A stretch of DNA of 64,000 nucleotides, taken from contig NIVC01000420.1 of NCBI GenBank assembly GCA_002269645.1, positions 554,217 through 618,216 of the forward strand, given 5' to 3'. Below, piece after piece: positions 46,501 to 58,760 of this stretch. The notes under the pieces were generated by a model, which searched no databases, was not told the origin of the DNA, and was given only the letters and a program-made list of their open reading frames with translations. The position numbers and the translations under genes are program-made. The stretch is from Macrostomum lignano. Lineage: Eukaryota. The stretch's first letter is position 1; every line of letters starts with the position of its first letter.

Positions 46501-48321
46501 CGGTAAGTCTCATTAACCCGGGGGTGTGTGTGTGTGTGTGTGTGTGTCTGCCTGTCTGTGTATGTGTCTGCCTGTCTGTGTATGTGTCTGTCTGTCTGGC
46601 TGTCTGTCTGTCTTAGTGTCTGTCTGTCTATCTGCCTCTGTCTGTCTGTCTGTCTGTGTAGTGTCTGTCTGTCTGTGTGTCTGTCTGCCTGTCTGTCTGT
46701 CTGTGTATGTGTCTGTCTATCTTGTCTGTCTGTGTGTCTGTCTGTCTCTGTGTGTGTGTCTGTCTGTTTGCCTGTGTGTCTGTCTGTTTGCCTGTCTGTC
46801 TGTCTGTCTGTTTGCCTGTCTGCCTGTTTATCTGTCTGTCTGCCTGTCTGTCTGCCTGTCTATCTGTCTGTCTGTCTGTCTTAGTGCCTGTGTGTCTGTC
46901 TGTCTTAGTGTCTGTATGTCTGCCCGCCTGTCTGTTTGCTTGTCTGTCTGTCTATTGGCGTTAACCTATGTATTAAAAATCCAAGCCCTACCTAGGCTGT
47001 CTGTATTTAGAGTATATAGAAAACTGGGCAAATTAGAAATTCATTTAGGCCACTGAGAAGTCCTTTTTTCTCAACCTCTGCTAGTCGCTTTCCGTTGTGT
47101 ATTTAACTTTTATTTGCTGGTTTTGAGTGTTTTTACTTACTATACTCCAATATAACTATGCGGTTCTGACTAGGACTACTGTACCATATAATGTTTGACG
47201 ATGGCCGCTACACTGGTAGCGAGGGCGGTTCTTGTACCAAAAATCGACTCAAATATTGGCGTCGTTATAGGCGAATCTCTACAGTAAGTTCCCTCTGCAC
47301 TTGTCATATCGGCCTAAGCAACAGTTATTATGTTGCTTGCCCTTAGCAACAAAGATTTTATATGCTGAGCAGTAGTACACAAATACCTTGTATTGCATAC
47401 AGCTTTAATTAAGGAGATATTGTTTACAAAGCAGCGAGCTGATCTGGCCGCCGCGCGGAAACGCATGCGCGTACGCTGCGTAAGTTCAATTGGTCAATCG
47501 GCTTTTTTACATTATATATCTACTCAACCCGCTACTGATAGTAATATAATTAAGTCTGAGCACTTGTTTTAAAGTTTCTTTTTGTCTACAAATTGGAGCT
47601 TCATTAGAAACCTGCAAAAAAATCTGAACAATCTGCTTGGACTTTTCTAATTGATGTACGTCTAGGTCCCGGGTTCGAATCCGCGTCGCGACTTGCACCT
47701 TAGGCCCTGACCACTAATGCATAGTAACTAAAATTTGTGGATATGCTGGGGTGAAGCGCAATAAATGGAGACTTCTTTCCCAATAGGAGGTTTTTGACAA
47801 ACTTGACTCCCACTTCTAATTGAATTCCCATTGCTATATAAATTGACAGGGGTGCGATTCCCCCATGAGGGCCAACCCCCACCCCTAAACAGTGTACATG
47901 CCTGATGATTGAAGTGTATGTTCTCAGGATTCATTGCGCACCACCCCCCCCCCATTGCTCGCTTCGCCATCCCATGCAGAAGCTGTCCCGTCGTCAGAAG
48001 GCATTTGAACAAGTCCTGCCATCGCTGAACCCGGACGATCTAGACAAGTATCGAGTTGTACTATCGCGCGATTTCACTTCGTCAGACGAGGAGACTGAGG
48101 ACGAATCCACTGGCGAGACGGCCCTGCGAGTTCGAGAACTCGTTTGGGAGTCGGAGGAGGTCCGCCAGGTGAAGCAGCGGCTAGATCAGACGTTTATGAA
48201 TCGATTTGCCACGCAGAAGCAGCGAGCCACTCTGCAGCGCTGCATTCGAAACGCCGGCTGCACGAGTTCGAGGACGCCACCCGCTGAAGCGCCGGACTGG
48301 GCTCTGCGAGCTCCCGAGTGA
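43584..48321 (+). CDS. Nuclear protein with a C14orf93/DUF4616-like C-terminal region; constant exons 43584-44329, 44779-44876 and 47980-48321, plus one variable cassette exon from 45239-47479
   Basis: In-frame joins DFNR(P|)WNDPLNQ...DDWR|cassette|KLSRRQKAF...FTSSDEE...LVWES...LD...SSRTPPAEAPDWAL. NLS-like AKKRLK and SUMO-type VKSE in exon 1. The family call is from recalled motif similarity, not a search. Confidence 0.78.
45239..45330 (+). pseudogene. Cassette exon A (92 nt) with in-frame TAG: (T)QMLRLWEE*HPRRDVQLKKLRDRKYCRVKR
   Basis: TTTTTGCAG acceptor, GTAAGT donor, same phase and C-terminal motif as the other cassettes. Confidence 0.6.
45488..45588 (+). CDS. Cassette exon B (101 nt): (K)LCSQLIGQLMSNPSGRNLDLKRQTMRKCGRLRT
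   Basis: CTGTAG acceptor (weak pyrimidine tract), GTAAGA donor, open in phase 1 to 0. Confidence 0.6.
45610..45747. mobile_element. Small hAT-like MITE inside the cassette array
   Basis: CAGGGGTGGGGAAC ... GTTTGCCGACCCCTG inverted ends. TSD not clean. Confidence 0.55.
45899..45999 (+). CDS. Cassette exon C (101 nt): (S)KCAVAIFTPLHRETVVKHEDRKRVKRKYSRVSA
   Basis: ATTTGCAG acceptor, GTAAGT donor, open in phase 1 to 0. Confidence 0.75.
46136..46245 (+). CDS. Cassette exon D (110 nt): (I)RCNLTFFDNSASMKSDAVLKYEARKRSMRKYARVSS
   Basis: CCTATCTGTAG acceptor, GTAAGT donor; clearly paralogous to cassette C. Confidence 0.78.
46408..46502 (+). CDS. Cassette exon E (95 nt): (S)GIDEFVRTVLDEEMRNIKSRGYKRRYSRITA
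   Basis: TGTCTAG acceptor, GTAAGT donor, open in phase 1 to 0. Confidence 0.75.
46525..46955. repeat. (TG)n/(TCTG)n microsatellite between cassettes E and F
   Basis: Directly visible. Confidence 0.95.
47174..47283 (+). CDS. Cassette exon F (110 nt): (R)LLYHIMFDDGRYTGSEGGSCTKNRLKYWRRYRRIST
   Basis: TTCTGACTAG acceptor, GTAAGT donor, open in phase 1 to 0. Confidence 0.72.
47403..47479 (+). CDS. Cassette exon G (77 nt): (T)LIKEILFTKQRADLAAARKRMRVRC
   Basis: TTGCATACAG acceptor, GTAAGT donor, open in phase 1 to 0. Confidence 0.7.
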
Positions 48322-49119
48322 AAATTGCATTGACTATTTTATTCAAGGGCGACTTAGCTAGAAGGCGGAGAGCAATATGCTTTGTTTCTTAAAAAAGCTT
48401 TGAAGGCTATTTTCTACGCAGAAATCGCTCGATGCAAGCCGGCCTTCAAATATTTTCTAAGAAAACCCAAAGTTTCCCATCCTCGGACTTCTGTGCTACT
48501 GACAGTAGTTTTTTAAGTCAGCTTTTGTCTAAAACGATTTCTTGTATTTAAACTTGTGGCATCAAATTTGCAATTATTTGTGTTACACGAAACTTAATAA
48601 ATTTGACTGGCAGTTTAAATACCTGGGTGTTGCATTTTGTTGTGTAAGCTGTCGGTGAACCAGTTACAATTATCTGTAGGATTTCTGCAATCGTTTTTTA
48701 TGTATATTAACATGTTTTAATTTATAGTAATTCTCGTCTCGCATATATTCTATTCTCTTGTTTGCACCGATTTTGTTTATAAATAATCAAACAGGTTAAC
48801 TTTTTACATTTTCTTAACAAGTTGCTACGGCTACAGATTAATGTTAGTGTAATATATAAACATGCAGCGCAAAGTGACTTGTCGAAGTTGTCGTTGTCAA
48901 CATAATCCATACGCTTGTGCATCCTGTTTAATACCTGCCATTATCCAGCTGTACTTCGTTGAACAAAGCTTGAATACAAATACAAGTTTAGTGTTATTCT
49001 TAAACAGCAGACCAGAAATTTACTCATGAAGGCACCGTGCTTATTGTCATGCTCGCTATTCAATTGTGTCCATTGATGTGTCTTCAGATCTTTAGCTTTT
49101 TGTTATTGATGAAAATCGA

Positions 49120-49400
49120 CAGATAGGTAGGTAGATAAATAGGTGTGTAGGTAGGTAGATATAGATAAATAGATAGATAGATAGATCGATAGATAGATAG
49201 ATAGACAGATAGATAGATAGATAGATATAGATGGACTGATAGATGGATAGATAGATATAGATAGATAGAAAGATAGATAGATAGAAAGATATATAGATAT
49301 ATAGATATAGATGGATAGATAGATAGATAGATAGATAGATTGATTGATTGATTGATAGATAGATAGATAGATACATTCATAGGTAGATAGATGCGTACGT
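49120..49400. repeat. Degenerate (ATAG)n microsatellite
   Basis: Directly visible. Confidence 0.95.
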
Positions 49401-49852
49401 AGATAGACTATTTAGAATCTCTATAGTAATAACAGTATCGCAATATTGCAAGGAGTTGGGCGGATGTGCACTGAAATCTCTTAGCAGCCACTTTGAATAT
49501 TTGTCCCAGATTCAATAGCCGATTTTTGCAGACAGTACGGGCTCTCAATAGTGAAGAGCCGAGCCCAGTTCGAGTCGCACGTGCTCTGAAAGTAGAAAAT
49601 TCTCGAAATTGGGTCAGCGCGTCTGAATTAGTGTGGGGGAGTCAAGATTTGAGACTTCAAAAGTCAGTCGCAGACATGCAGGTACCCGTATTTTTTAACA
49701 TTTTTGAAAGAGAGAAGTGAAATATCCACGCTGAGGGAACGCAAGCACGGATATGAATTCGAGTCGCTATTTTCAAGCATTCAGAATTTAACGTTTTAAC
49801 TTTATCTATTCAGCAGCAGTTCTTTTGGTTGGAATTGGATAATCAGATCTTT

Positions 49853-50190
49853 CCGAAGCTTCACAAATCGTCTAGAAGTCTTGCTTGTTGCCTTCACATT
49901 CACAAGCTCAAAGCTTCACAAATCGTCTAGAAGTCTTGCTTGTTGCCTTCACATTCACAAGCTCAAAGCTTCACAAATCGTCTAGAAGTCTTGCTTGTTG
50001 CCTTCACATTCACAAATCGTCTAAAAGTCTTGCTTGTTGCCTTCACATTCACAAGCTCGAAGCTTCACAAATCGTCTAAAAGTCTTGCTTGTTGCCTTCA
50101 CATTCACAAGCTCAAAGCTTCACAAATCGTCTAAAAGTCTTGCTTGTTGCCTTCACGTTCACAAGCTCGAAGCTTAATAAATCGTACAGA
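49853..50190. repeat. Minisatellite (TCACAAATCGTCTAGAAGTCTTGCTTGTTGCCTTCACATTCACAAGCTCAAAGCT variants)
   Basis: About six units. Confidence 0.9.
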
Positions 50191-52789
50191 AGTCTTTTGA
50201 TTAGATAAGCTCCATAATTCTGGAGAAGTTATGCTTGTTGCTTTCACAAGCTCTGCTTTCAATCCACACTACCAGGTCTTTCTATAATCACTTCACTAGC
50301 TGACGACTTAAACCAGTTCGACCAATGTCAATTTTCGAACTATAGGAAAAGCTGTCCTTGCTATTCTCTGGAATTCCCCTATTGCTTTTAACAGTCGTGA
50401 CTTTTACGTGTATATCTGCAGTAGGTGCGGGTTGTCTCCATGTCTAGCCTCGGGGTTGGAATACTATTATTATATTATATCAGCCAAGACGTAATTCTTT
50501 GCTGTAGTTTCTCGTGTATTTCAACCGACACAAGAAGCCCATTAAGCTGTTATAGTGGCTATAAAATTCTCCCACTGAGTGCCTCTACGGACACAGCCAT
50601 ATTACACGTGGAAGTCAAAAGTTAAATTACACCCGATAAATTAAATACGAGTAGATTTTATTTAATTTTCGCGTATTACCCAACTTCCGTTTTTAGGGAA
50701 CTCCCGTCAGTCGCTATAGGAGTCCTTTGCGAACGTGCAACAGGCGTATAACACTGTAGCTACTGTTAATAGGGCCGATAAGTCTTTGTTCTTGTCACGC
50801 GCTTGAATTCGGATTCCCCGCTGGTCAGTGGTTCGCTCCGGAGGGTTGGGTTAAAAGTGTCGTGATGCAATCAGCATTAATTAGAGCTGTGTCCTCCACG
50901 CGTGTGTCTGCTTAGGTCCGGAGTTATCGTTATGATAATGGATGGCTGGTTGCAGGTATGAAGTTTTAACTGCAGGATTTCCGCTTCTTCTTTTAATTCT
51001 TGAGTCATCGCGCGCTGAGTTGTCTCGAAGAACTTGGGAGCTAGTGGCCGCGGCCCGCACGCGAGCACATCCGAGTGTTCGGGAACAGAGCTAACAGATG
51101 GGATAATTTCATAGCTGGATTGGACTGCAGATTCTGATAGGCAGATACAAGCGGAAGATTGAGGAAGCTGAGTCTGGCTTGCCTGCATCATCATCAACCC
51201 CGTGCTGTTTCCGCTGACCAGTTCGCTACATTGAACAGTGTCGCCCGTCTGCGCGCCCCAGAGCACCACTTCTAACACTTAATTATATATCGAACCGCTA
51301 TATTCTGGCTGCAGTTATGCAATTGGGAGAATGCTCAAAATATGAGGCTGGTGTAAAGACTATATAATCTCGTATAGAAAGAAGACCCAAAAGAAATTTG
51401 TTGCTTTTTTGAACGCCCGGCTGAGCAGAGAAACCGCGAGTTCCCCGCTGTTTGAGCGCAGGTGAAACGTAACAACAGACATCCTTTTAGTATCGGCAAT
51501 AATTCTCTTGAGTCGACACCTAAATCTACAAGCTTCTCCAAGGTCCCGAAGATAAGAGATTTCTGCTTTATAGCAGGCAACACAGAATTGCAGTCTGAGA
51601 TAGATAAAAATGCATATATTTTAAGACAAACTGATAAGAGACTTACAAAACCTAATTTTGAGCAAACAGATGCTTTGTGTAGACGCGCAAAGAAATAAGA
51701 TCCAAGATAGATCATAAAATCTGTTATCAAAACGCATGTTAAGTCTCTGACTACAATCCAGATTCGTCTAGAATATGATTTTGTTCAGTGTCCGACCATC
51801 AGTTTTATCCTGTCTGCATGGAACCATGGCGGTTTCCGTGAAATTTGAAGCAACCGCCATTCCATGACGGCACGCGCCTCTCGTTTCCTGAGATTTGACC
51901 CTTCCCGCCCCTTGCCAGACTTCAGAAGCGGCTACCGCTGTTTGTTAAGGATTCCATGCCGTGTCTCCGTCCGGTCGCCTCTTGGATTTATAGTGACTCT
52001 GCCGTCACTGTGTCCCTACAAAGTTAGCAAACAGTAAGCAGAGATAGGAGGCGCGAGAAGGGAGTTGAGAACCGGTGTTTGCTCAACCACACGCTCCCTG
52101 GATGGACTCATGCCTCATAAGACTGAGCTAGTCTCTAAGCGGAGTCAGCCTCGCTCGTTCGGTCTCTATGCAACGTCGGCACTTAAACACACAACCGCAG
52201 TGAGAAACTTCATCATCAGAGCTGTTTTCCTACTGATTTTCAATATATCCAACAGCCATCTGCATGCGCCAGCGTCCTCTGAAGGCATGCGCCTAAACAG
52301 AACAACATACATCCGTCATCATTCGTTCGCCCTTGTTTTCATTTCTCAATATTCGAAGTTTTTCGAGGTCAGATAGATGGGGGGGGGGAAGTAGAGGTGA
52401 CCCCTGCAGTGATCCAGCTGGACAAACTTTGCGGCCGGGGGTCGGGCGATGCAAAAGTGTCCGGAAATGAGACGCTTTGAGCTTAGGGAAATATTTTCTT
52501 CAGGTGCCCGGTCTGCGGTTACCAAGATATTATTTGTTTATTAGGAATGAAATTCCACGATTTCTCTGCGCATGTCTACATTTAAAAAGCGGCGTGATGC
52601 CTGAAACTTCAATAGCAATTGACACTTGACATTGTGGACAAAGGAGCCAGATGGTCAAGGCTGGTAAGGGTGAGAAGGGGGAGAGAGGAGGAATGAGACA
52701 GGGGAAGAATCGCAGAGGTGAGTGAAGACTGTGATGTGACTGCAGAAGAGATGGGAGAGGTGAGAGTGAGGGAGAGAAAGTGAGATAGA

Positions 52790-54175
52790 GGGAAAGTGAA
52801 TATGAGAGGAATAGAGTTGAGATCGGAGGGAGAGAGTGGAGATGGGAGAGAGGAGATTGGACGGAGAGTGATGGGAGAGTGGGGATGGGAGAGTGGAGAT
52901 GGGAGAGTGGGGATAAGAGGGAGAGGAAATGGGAGGGAGAGTGGAGATGGAAGGGAGAGTGGGGATGGGAGGGAGAGTGGAGATGGGAGAGTGGGGATGG
53001 GAGAGTGGGGATGGGAGAGTGGGGATGGGTGAGTGGGGATGGAAGGGAGAGTGGAGACGGGAGAGTGGGGATGGGAGGGAGAGTGGAGACGGGAGAGTGG
53101 GGATGGGAGAGTGGGATGGGAGAGTGGGATGGGAGAGTGGAGATGGGAGAGTGGGGATGGGAGAGTGGAGATGGGAGAGTGGGGATGGGAGAGTGGGGAT
53201 GGGAGAGTGGAGATGGGAGAGTGGGGATGGGAGAGTGGGGATGGGAGAGTGGAGATGGGAGAGTGGGGATGGGAGAGTGGGGATGGGAGAGTGGGGATGG
53301 GAGAGTGGGGATGGGAGAGTGGGGATGGGAGAGTGGAGATGGGAGAGTGGGGATGGGAGAGTGGAGATGGGAGAGTGGAGATGGGAGAGTGGGGATGGGA
53401 GAGTGGGGATGGGAGAGTGGGGATGGGAGAGTGGGGATGGGAGAGTAGGGATGGGAGAGTGGAGATCGGAGAGTGGGGATGGGAGAGTGGGGATGGGAGA
53501 GTGGGGATGGGAGAGTGGGGATGGGAGAGTGGAGATGGGAGAGTGGAGATGGGAGAGTGGGGATGGGAGAGTGGGGATGGGAGAGTGGGGATGGGAGAGT
53601 GGAGATGGGAGAGTGGGGATGGGAGAGTGGGGATGGATGAGTGGGGATGGAAGGGAGAGTGGAGACGGGAGAGTGGGGATGGGAGGGAGAGTGGAGACGG
53701 GAGAGTGGGGATGGGAGGGAGAGAGGAGATGGGAGGGAGAGTGGGGATGGGAGAGTGGGGATGGGAGAGTGGAGATGGGAGAGTGGGGATGGGAGAGTGG
53801 GGATGGGAGAGTGGGGATGGGAGAGTGGAGATGGGAGAGTGGAGATGGGAGAGTGGGGATGGGAGGGAGAGAGGAGATGGGAGGGAGAGTGGGGATGGGA
53901 GGGAGAGAGGAGATGGGAGGGAGATGGGAGGGAGAGAGGAGATGGGAGGGAGAGTGGAGATGGGAGGGAGAGAGGAGATGGGAGGGAGAGTGGAGATGGG
54001 AGGGAGAGTGGGGATGGGAGGGAGAGTGGAGATGGGAGGGAGAGTGGGGATGGGAGGGAGAGTGGGGATGGGAGGGAGAGAGGAGATAGGAGTGAGAGAG
54101 TTGAGACGGGAGAGAGGAGATGGGAGGAAGAGAGTTGAGATTGGAAGGAGAGAAGAGATGAGAGGAGATGGGAGG
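52790..54175. repeat. G-rich 14-bp minisatellite (GGGAGAGTGGGGAT / GGGAGAGTGGAGAT)
   Basis: Directly visible. Confidence 0.97.
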
Positions 54176-54784
54176 CAGATCAATGCAGGATTCTGTTACG
54201 AGCTATACAACCTCAAACACCGGGAAAACATTCATGCCGGAAATTCTCCATCGCCCAACCTGCCGGGGGGGGGGGGTTGGGGATGTAGGTATTTGGCTGC
54301 GCGCGTGTCTCGCTCGCCTATCTGCGAGTGGAGACTTGAGTCCGGTCGAACTTTCATTAGAATTTAATAAGCTTGAGTGTGTTTGGTCACGCCGCCGCCT
54401 TTGGTTGCGGTCTCGCTGGCCTAGGTGCGCGTGACTCCTGTTTTGGCAGGTGCGTGCCTGGGGACTCGCTGTGACTGGCTCTATAATATATGGCTTGAAA
54501 TGAAATTCAAAATTGGACTGATTGAATCGGTGTTGCTGTCTCGGCGTAGCTGGGGTTGAGAGTGGTCGCATGCTTTTATTGCTTGAATTTCGGTTGAAGT
54601 GGGCTAATCTATGCATATACATAAATATATATGGCATACTTGATTGCGGTTGATACACAACTTTTCGGCAAAAGCTTTCTGGATTCTGTACAAAAAAATA
54701 ATGGATGTTGTGGAGGTGTTAGGGGCCACTTGCTGTTTCTGAGGCGTCCTTGATGCCTCTGGTGTCCTTTCACTTGCGTCCATC

Positions 54785-55190
54785 AGTTGTTTTTGGCGCC
54801 AATCGGTTGTTTTAGATAATCGGTCAATCGGTCGTTTTTGGCGCCAATCGGTTGTTTTTGGCGCCAATCGGTTGTTTTAGACAATCGGTCGTTTTTGGCG
54901 CCAATCGGTTGTTTTTGGCACCAATCGGTTGTTTTTGGCGCCAATCAGTTGTTTTTTTACACCAATCGGTTGTTTTAAACAATCGGTTGTTTTTGGCGCC
55001 AATCAGTTGTTTCTGGCACCAATCTGTTGTTTTTGGCACCAATAGGTTGCTTTTGGCGCCAATAGGTTGCTTTTGGCACCAATCGGTTGTTTTTGGCGCC
55101 AATAGGTTGTTTTTAGCGTCAATCGGTTGTTTTTTAGCGTCAATCGGTTGTTTTTAGCGTCAATCAGTTGCTTTTGGCGCCAATTGGTTG
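54785..55190. repeat. ~20-bp minisatellite (TTTTGGCGCCAATCGGTTG...)
   Basis: Directly visible. Confidence 0.92.
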
Positions 55191-55884
55191 TATGAATGGG
55201 CACCCCATTCAACTGCATTCGTTGAGAGCGACAAACAGAAAGGCAAAGAAGATTTTCTTTCAATCAATGCAAATTGGTTGCCACCTTTTCTGTGGCCTCC
55301 CAGTTTCAAGAGGGCCGCACGGCGCGCCAGTCTCCCTTAATTGTTGTGGCCGTGGGAAAAACCAGTTCGTTCACACCCGAGCAGCTGTGGGAGACGGCCA
55401 TGCTGCGAGCGGATACTCTGACTATGAAGAGAATTAATTTTAAGGGAAATTACAGTTTAATAAAGGAAGAACCAAAATGGGTGGTGGCATTCGGAGAACA
55501 AAGGTATGAGACTAGCAAAAGAACCTGTCATCCATTGTGTTGTGTCTTGGTCAGCATTTCACTATCAATATGCTTTTTTCGCCTAAGTAGGCACGTGACC
55601 CGGGCCTTCCGAATGCAGAAATCTGTGCTCAGTGAGTTTTTTATTTGCGTTTTTGTTTTATTGTCATCGAATTTATTCGAAAATTAATAGCCACCGCAGA
55701 CCCGTAGTTGCAGTTGGCTTGGCAACCTAGAGAATTATGCGAAGATAAAGGCGAGATATGAACAAGGGGGAGGGGCCATCCGCAGTTTCATTCGATCACG
55801 TGACAGCTGGTAATTAAAATATATCATATTGAGTATAAACTGATTCAAAATTTGCAATTATTCAGATGCGAATTTTAGCATTTG

Positions 55885-56552
55885 AAGGGCCATTTCTCAA
55901 GTCAAGTGTGCCATTTCTAATAGTAAAATTTCCATTTCTCAAATTCAAAGCGCCATTTCTCAGATCCGAAGCGCCATTTCTCAGATCCGAAGCGCCATTT
56001 CTCAGATCCGAAGCGCCATTTCTCAGATCCGAAGCGCCATTTCTCAGATCCGAAGCGCCATTTCTCAGATCCGAAGCGCCATTTCTCAGATCCGAAGCGC
56101 CATTTCTCAGATCCGAAGCGCCATTTCTCAGATCCGAAGCGCCATTTCTCAGATCCGAAGCGCCATTTCTCAGATCCGAAGCGCCATTTCTCAGATCTAC
56201 AGCGCCAGTTCTCAGATCCAAACCACCAGTTCTCAGATCCGAAGCGCCATTAATCAGATCTACAGCGCCATTTCTCAGATCCGAGGCGCCATTTCTTAGA
56301 TTCTAAGCGCCATTTTTCATACCCAAAGCGCCACTCCTCATACCCAAAGCGCCATTTCTCAGATCCGAGGCACCATTTCTCAGATCCTGAGCGCCATTTC
56401 TCATACCCAAAGCGCCATTTCTCAGATCCAAAGCGCCATTTCTCAGATCCAAACCACCATTTCTCAGATCCAAACCACCAGTTCTCAGATCTACAGCGCC
56501 ATTTCTCAGATCCGAGGCGCCATTTCTCAGATCTACAGCGCCATTTCTCATA
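55885..56552. repeat. 21-bp minisatellite (GAAGCGCCATTTCTCAGATCC)
   Basis: Directly visible. Confidence 0.97.
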
Positions 56553-57164
56553 TTCGAGTGCCACTTTGTCCATCGAATGTGCCAAAGCAAATCATTGAGA
56601 AACCGGACCCACTGGTTAACAAAGAAATCGTTGACATGAAAAAGTTCGTCAACAGAAGGCCTCAAGCAGACCGCAGACGATACAAAACGTCTCTAATGTC
56701 TTCGATTTTTTATCTAGGAAACAAATTATAGTTCAAAACACTTTTTTTCATATCAGAGTTTTTCATCCGCCAGATCTCTATGGGTTAAATTTGAGTCAGC
56801 ATAACGGCAAATTACCCTGCTTCTTCTTCTGATTTCTGAGCTCAGGTCACGCCGCGTTGCTAGGGCAAGCTTGTCTGCAATAAAACTGACTGAAGGTGTG
56901 CCGGCGAGTCGAAAGAGTGTTGGAACTGAGGATGGAGCTAGTTCGGAGTACCAGCATCTCTTATCGGGTTTCAGGTGTCTCCAGGATCCCCCCCCCCATT
57001 GTCAGGCAGAGTCCTGCGGAGTCCCGATTGCAGGACGAGTAATTGCCGGGACGCACGTGTTCCCGAATTGCTGCCTGTTTTCTACAATTTTGCTGAAATT
57101 ATCAGTTTTCATCAACTAAAGTTGCACGTCCAGGCGAACCCGCATGGCAACAGAGCTTAGGGAA

Positions 57165-57762
57165 ACGGAGAGGAAAGTAGAGGAGCGGAGAGAGAAGTAG
57201 AGGGGCAGAGAGAAAGTAGAGGGGGATAGGGAAGTAGAGGAGCGGAGAGAGAAGTAGAGGAGGGGAAAGAAATTAGAGGGGCGGATAAGGAAGTAGAGAG
57301 ACGGATAAGCAAGTAGAGAGCGGATAAGGAAGTAGAGGGGCGGATAAGGAAGTAGAGGGGCGGATAAGGAAGCAGAGGGGCGGATAAGGAAGTAGAGGGG
57401 CGGATAAGGAAGTAGAGGGCGGAAAGAAAAGTAGAGGAGCGGAGAGAGATGGAGAGAGGCGGATAGGGAAAGTAGAGAGCGGATAAGGAAGTAGAGAGAC
57501 GGATAAGCAAGTAGAGAGCGGATAAGGAAGTAGAGGGGCGGATAAGGAAGTAGAGGGGCGGATAAGGAAGCAGAGGGGCGGAAAGAAAGTAGAGGAGCGG
57601 AGAGAGATGGAGAGAGGCGGATAGGGAAGTAGAGAGCGGATAAGGAAGTAGAGAGACGGATAAGGAAGTAGAGGAGCGGGGAGGGAAGTAGAGGAGCGGA
57701 GAGAGAAGTAGAGGGGCGGATAAGAAAGTAGAGGGGCGGATAAGAAAGCAGAAGGGGCGGAG
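57165..57762. repeat. Purine-rich ~21-bp minisatellite (GCGGATAAGGAAGTAGAGGG...)
   Basis: Directly visible. Confidence 0.93.
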
Positions 57763-58164
57763 TGGGTGAGCCAGTCGCTCCAAGGCCCCTCTCGTGAGCC
57801 CAAGGTGCTGTCCACAATTTCCGAGCGTCTCAGCAGCTGCTCCAGGCCACATCCACCAGTTTTTGATGGTGGCCGGTCACGCTCGCTCACCGAACGTTTC
57901 CGTCGTGCTCGCATAAAATTTATTGCTTGAATTTTTCTGCTCGATATGAAAGCGAACTATTGCGCAGCACAATTTAATATTCGCCCAACCAATGCCGTCA
58001 GTGGTGGCCCGTTTTCCCATCGTGCGACACCAGAAGGGATCGAGAAGAGCGAGCACGTTGGCCGCCAAATATCGGTGTGACCGAAAATACTTTCATCTAG
58101 TGTTGTTGACTCGTGTTGTTGTGCGCATGTTCCTGCTTTCATTCGTGGTCTGCCTGATCTTTTA

Positions 58165-58647
58165 TCTACCTCTCCACCTCCTTCTTAATCTCTCCCTCTA
58201 TGAGCTACATCTCTCTCCCTCTACGAGCTACATCTCTCTCCCTCTACGAGCTACATCTCTCTCCCTCTACGAGCTACATCTCTCTCCCTCTACGAGCTAC
58301 ATCTCTCTCCCTCTACGAGCTACATCTCTCTCCCTCTTAATCTCCTTCTTAATCTCTCCCTCTACGAGCTACATCTCTCTCCCTCTACGAGCTACATCTC
58401 TCTCCCTCTACGAGCTACATCTCTCTCCCTCTACGAGCTACATCTCTCTCCTCTACGAGCTACATCTCTCTCCCTCTACGAGCTACATCTCTCTCCTCTA
58501 CGAGCTACATCTCTCTCCCTCTACGAGCTACATCTCTCTCCCTCTTAATCTCCTTCTTAATCTCTCCCTCTCCATCTCTCCCTCCATCTCTCTCTCTCTC
58601 CTCTCCATCTCCCTCTCTCTCTCCCTCTCCATCTCCGTCTCTCTCCC

Positions 58648-58722
<75 letters not shown>

Positions 58723-58760
58723 TCCCTCCCATCTCCCTCTCCCTCTCATCCCCTCCTTCA
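58165..58760. repeat. ~23-bp minisatellite (CTCTACGAGCTACATCTCTCTCC) grading into (CT)n
   Basis: Directly visible. Confidence 0.93.

Noticed and set aside
49532-49681. 150-nt exon-like segment (TTTTTGCAG...CAG|GTACC)
   Set aside because: No partner exons or recognisable peptide; it cannot be supported without transcripts.
50877-51698. ORFs of 133, 131 and 78 aa
   Set aside because: No family motifs, non-ATG or overlapping antisense frames, and no convincing splice context.
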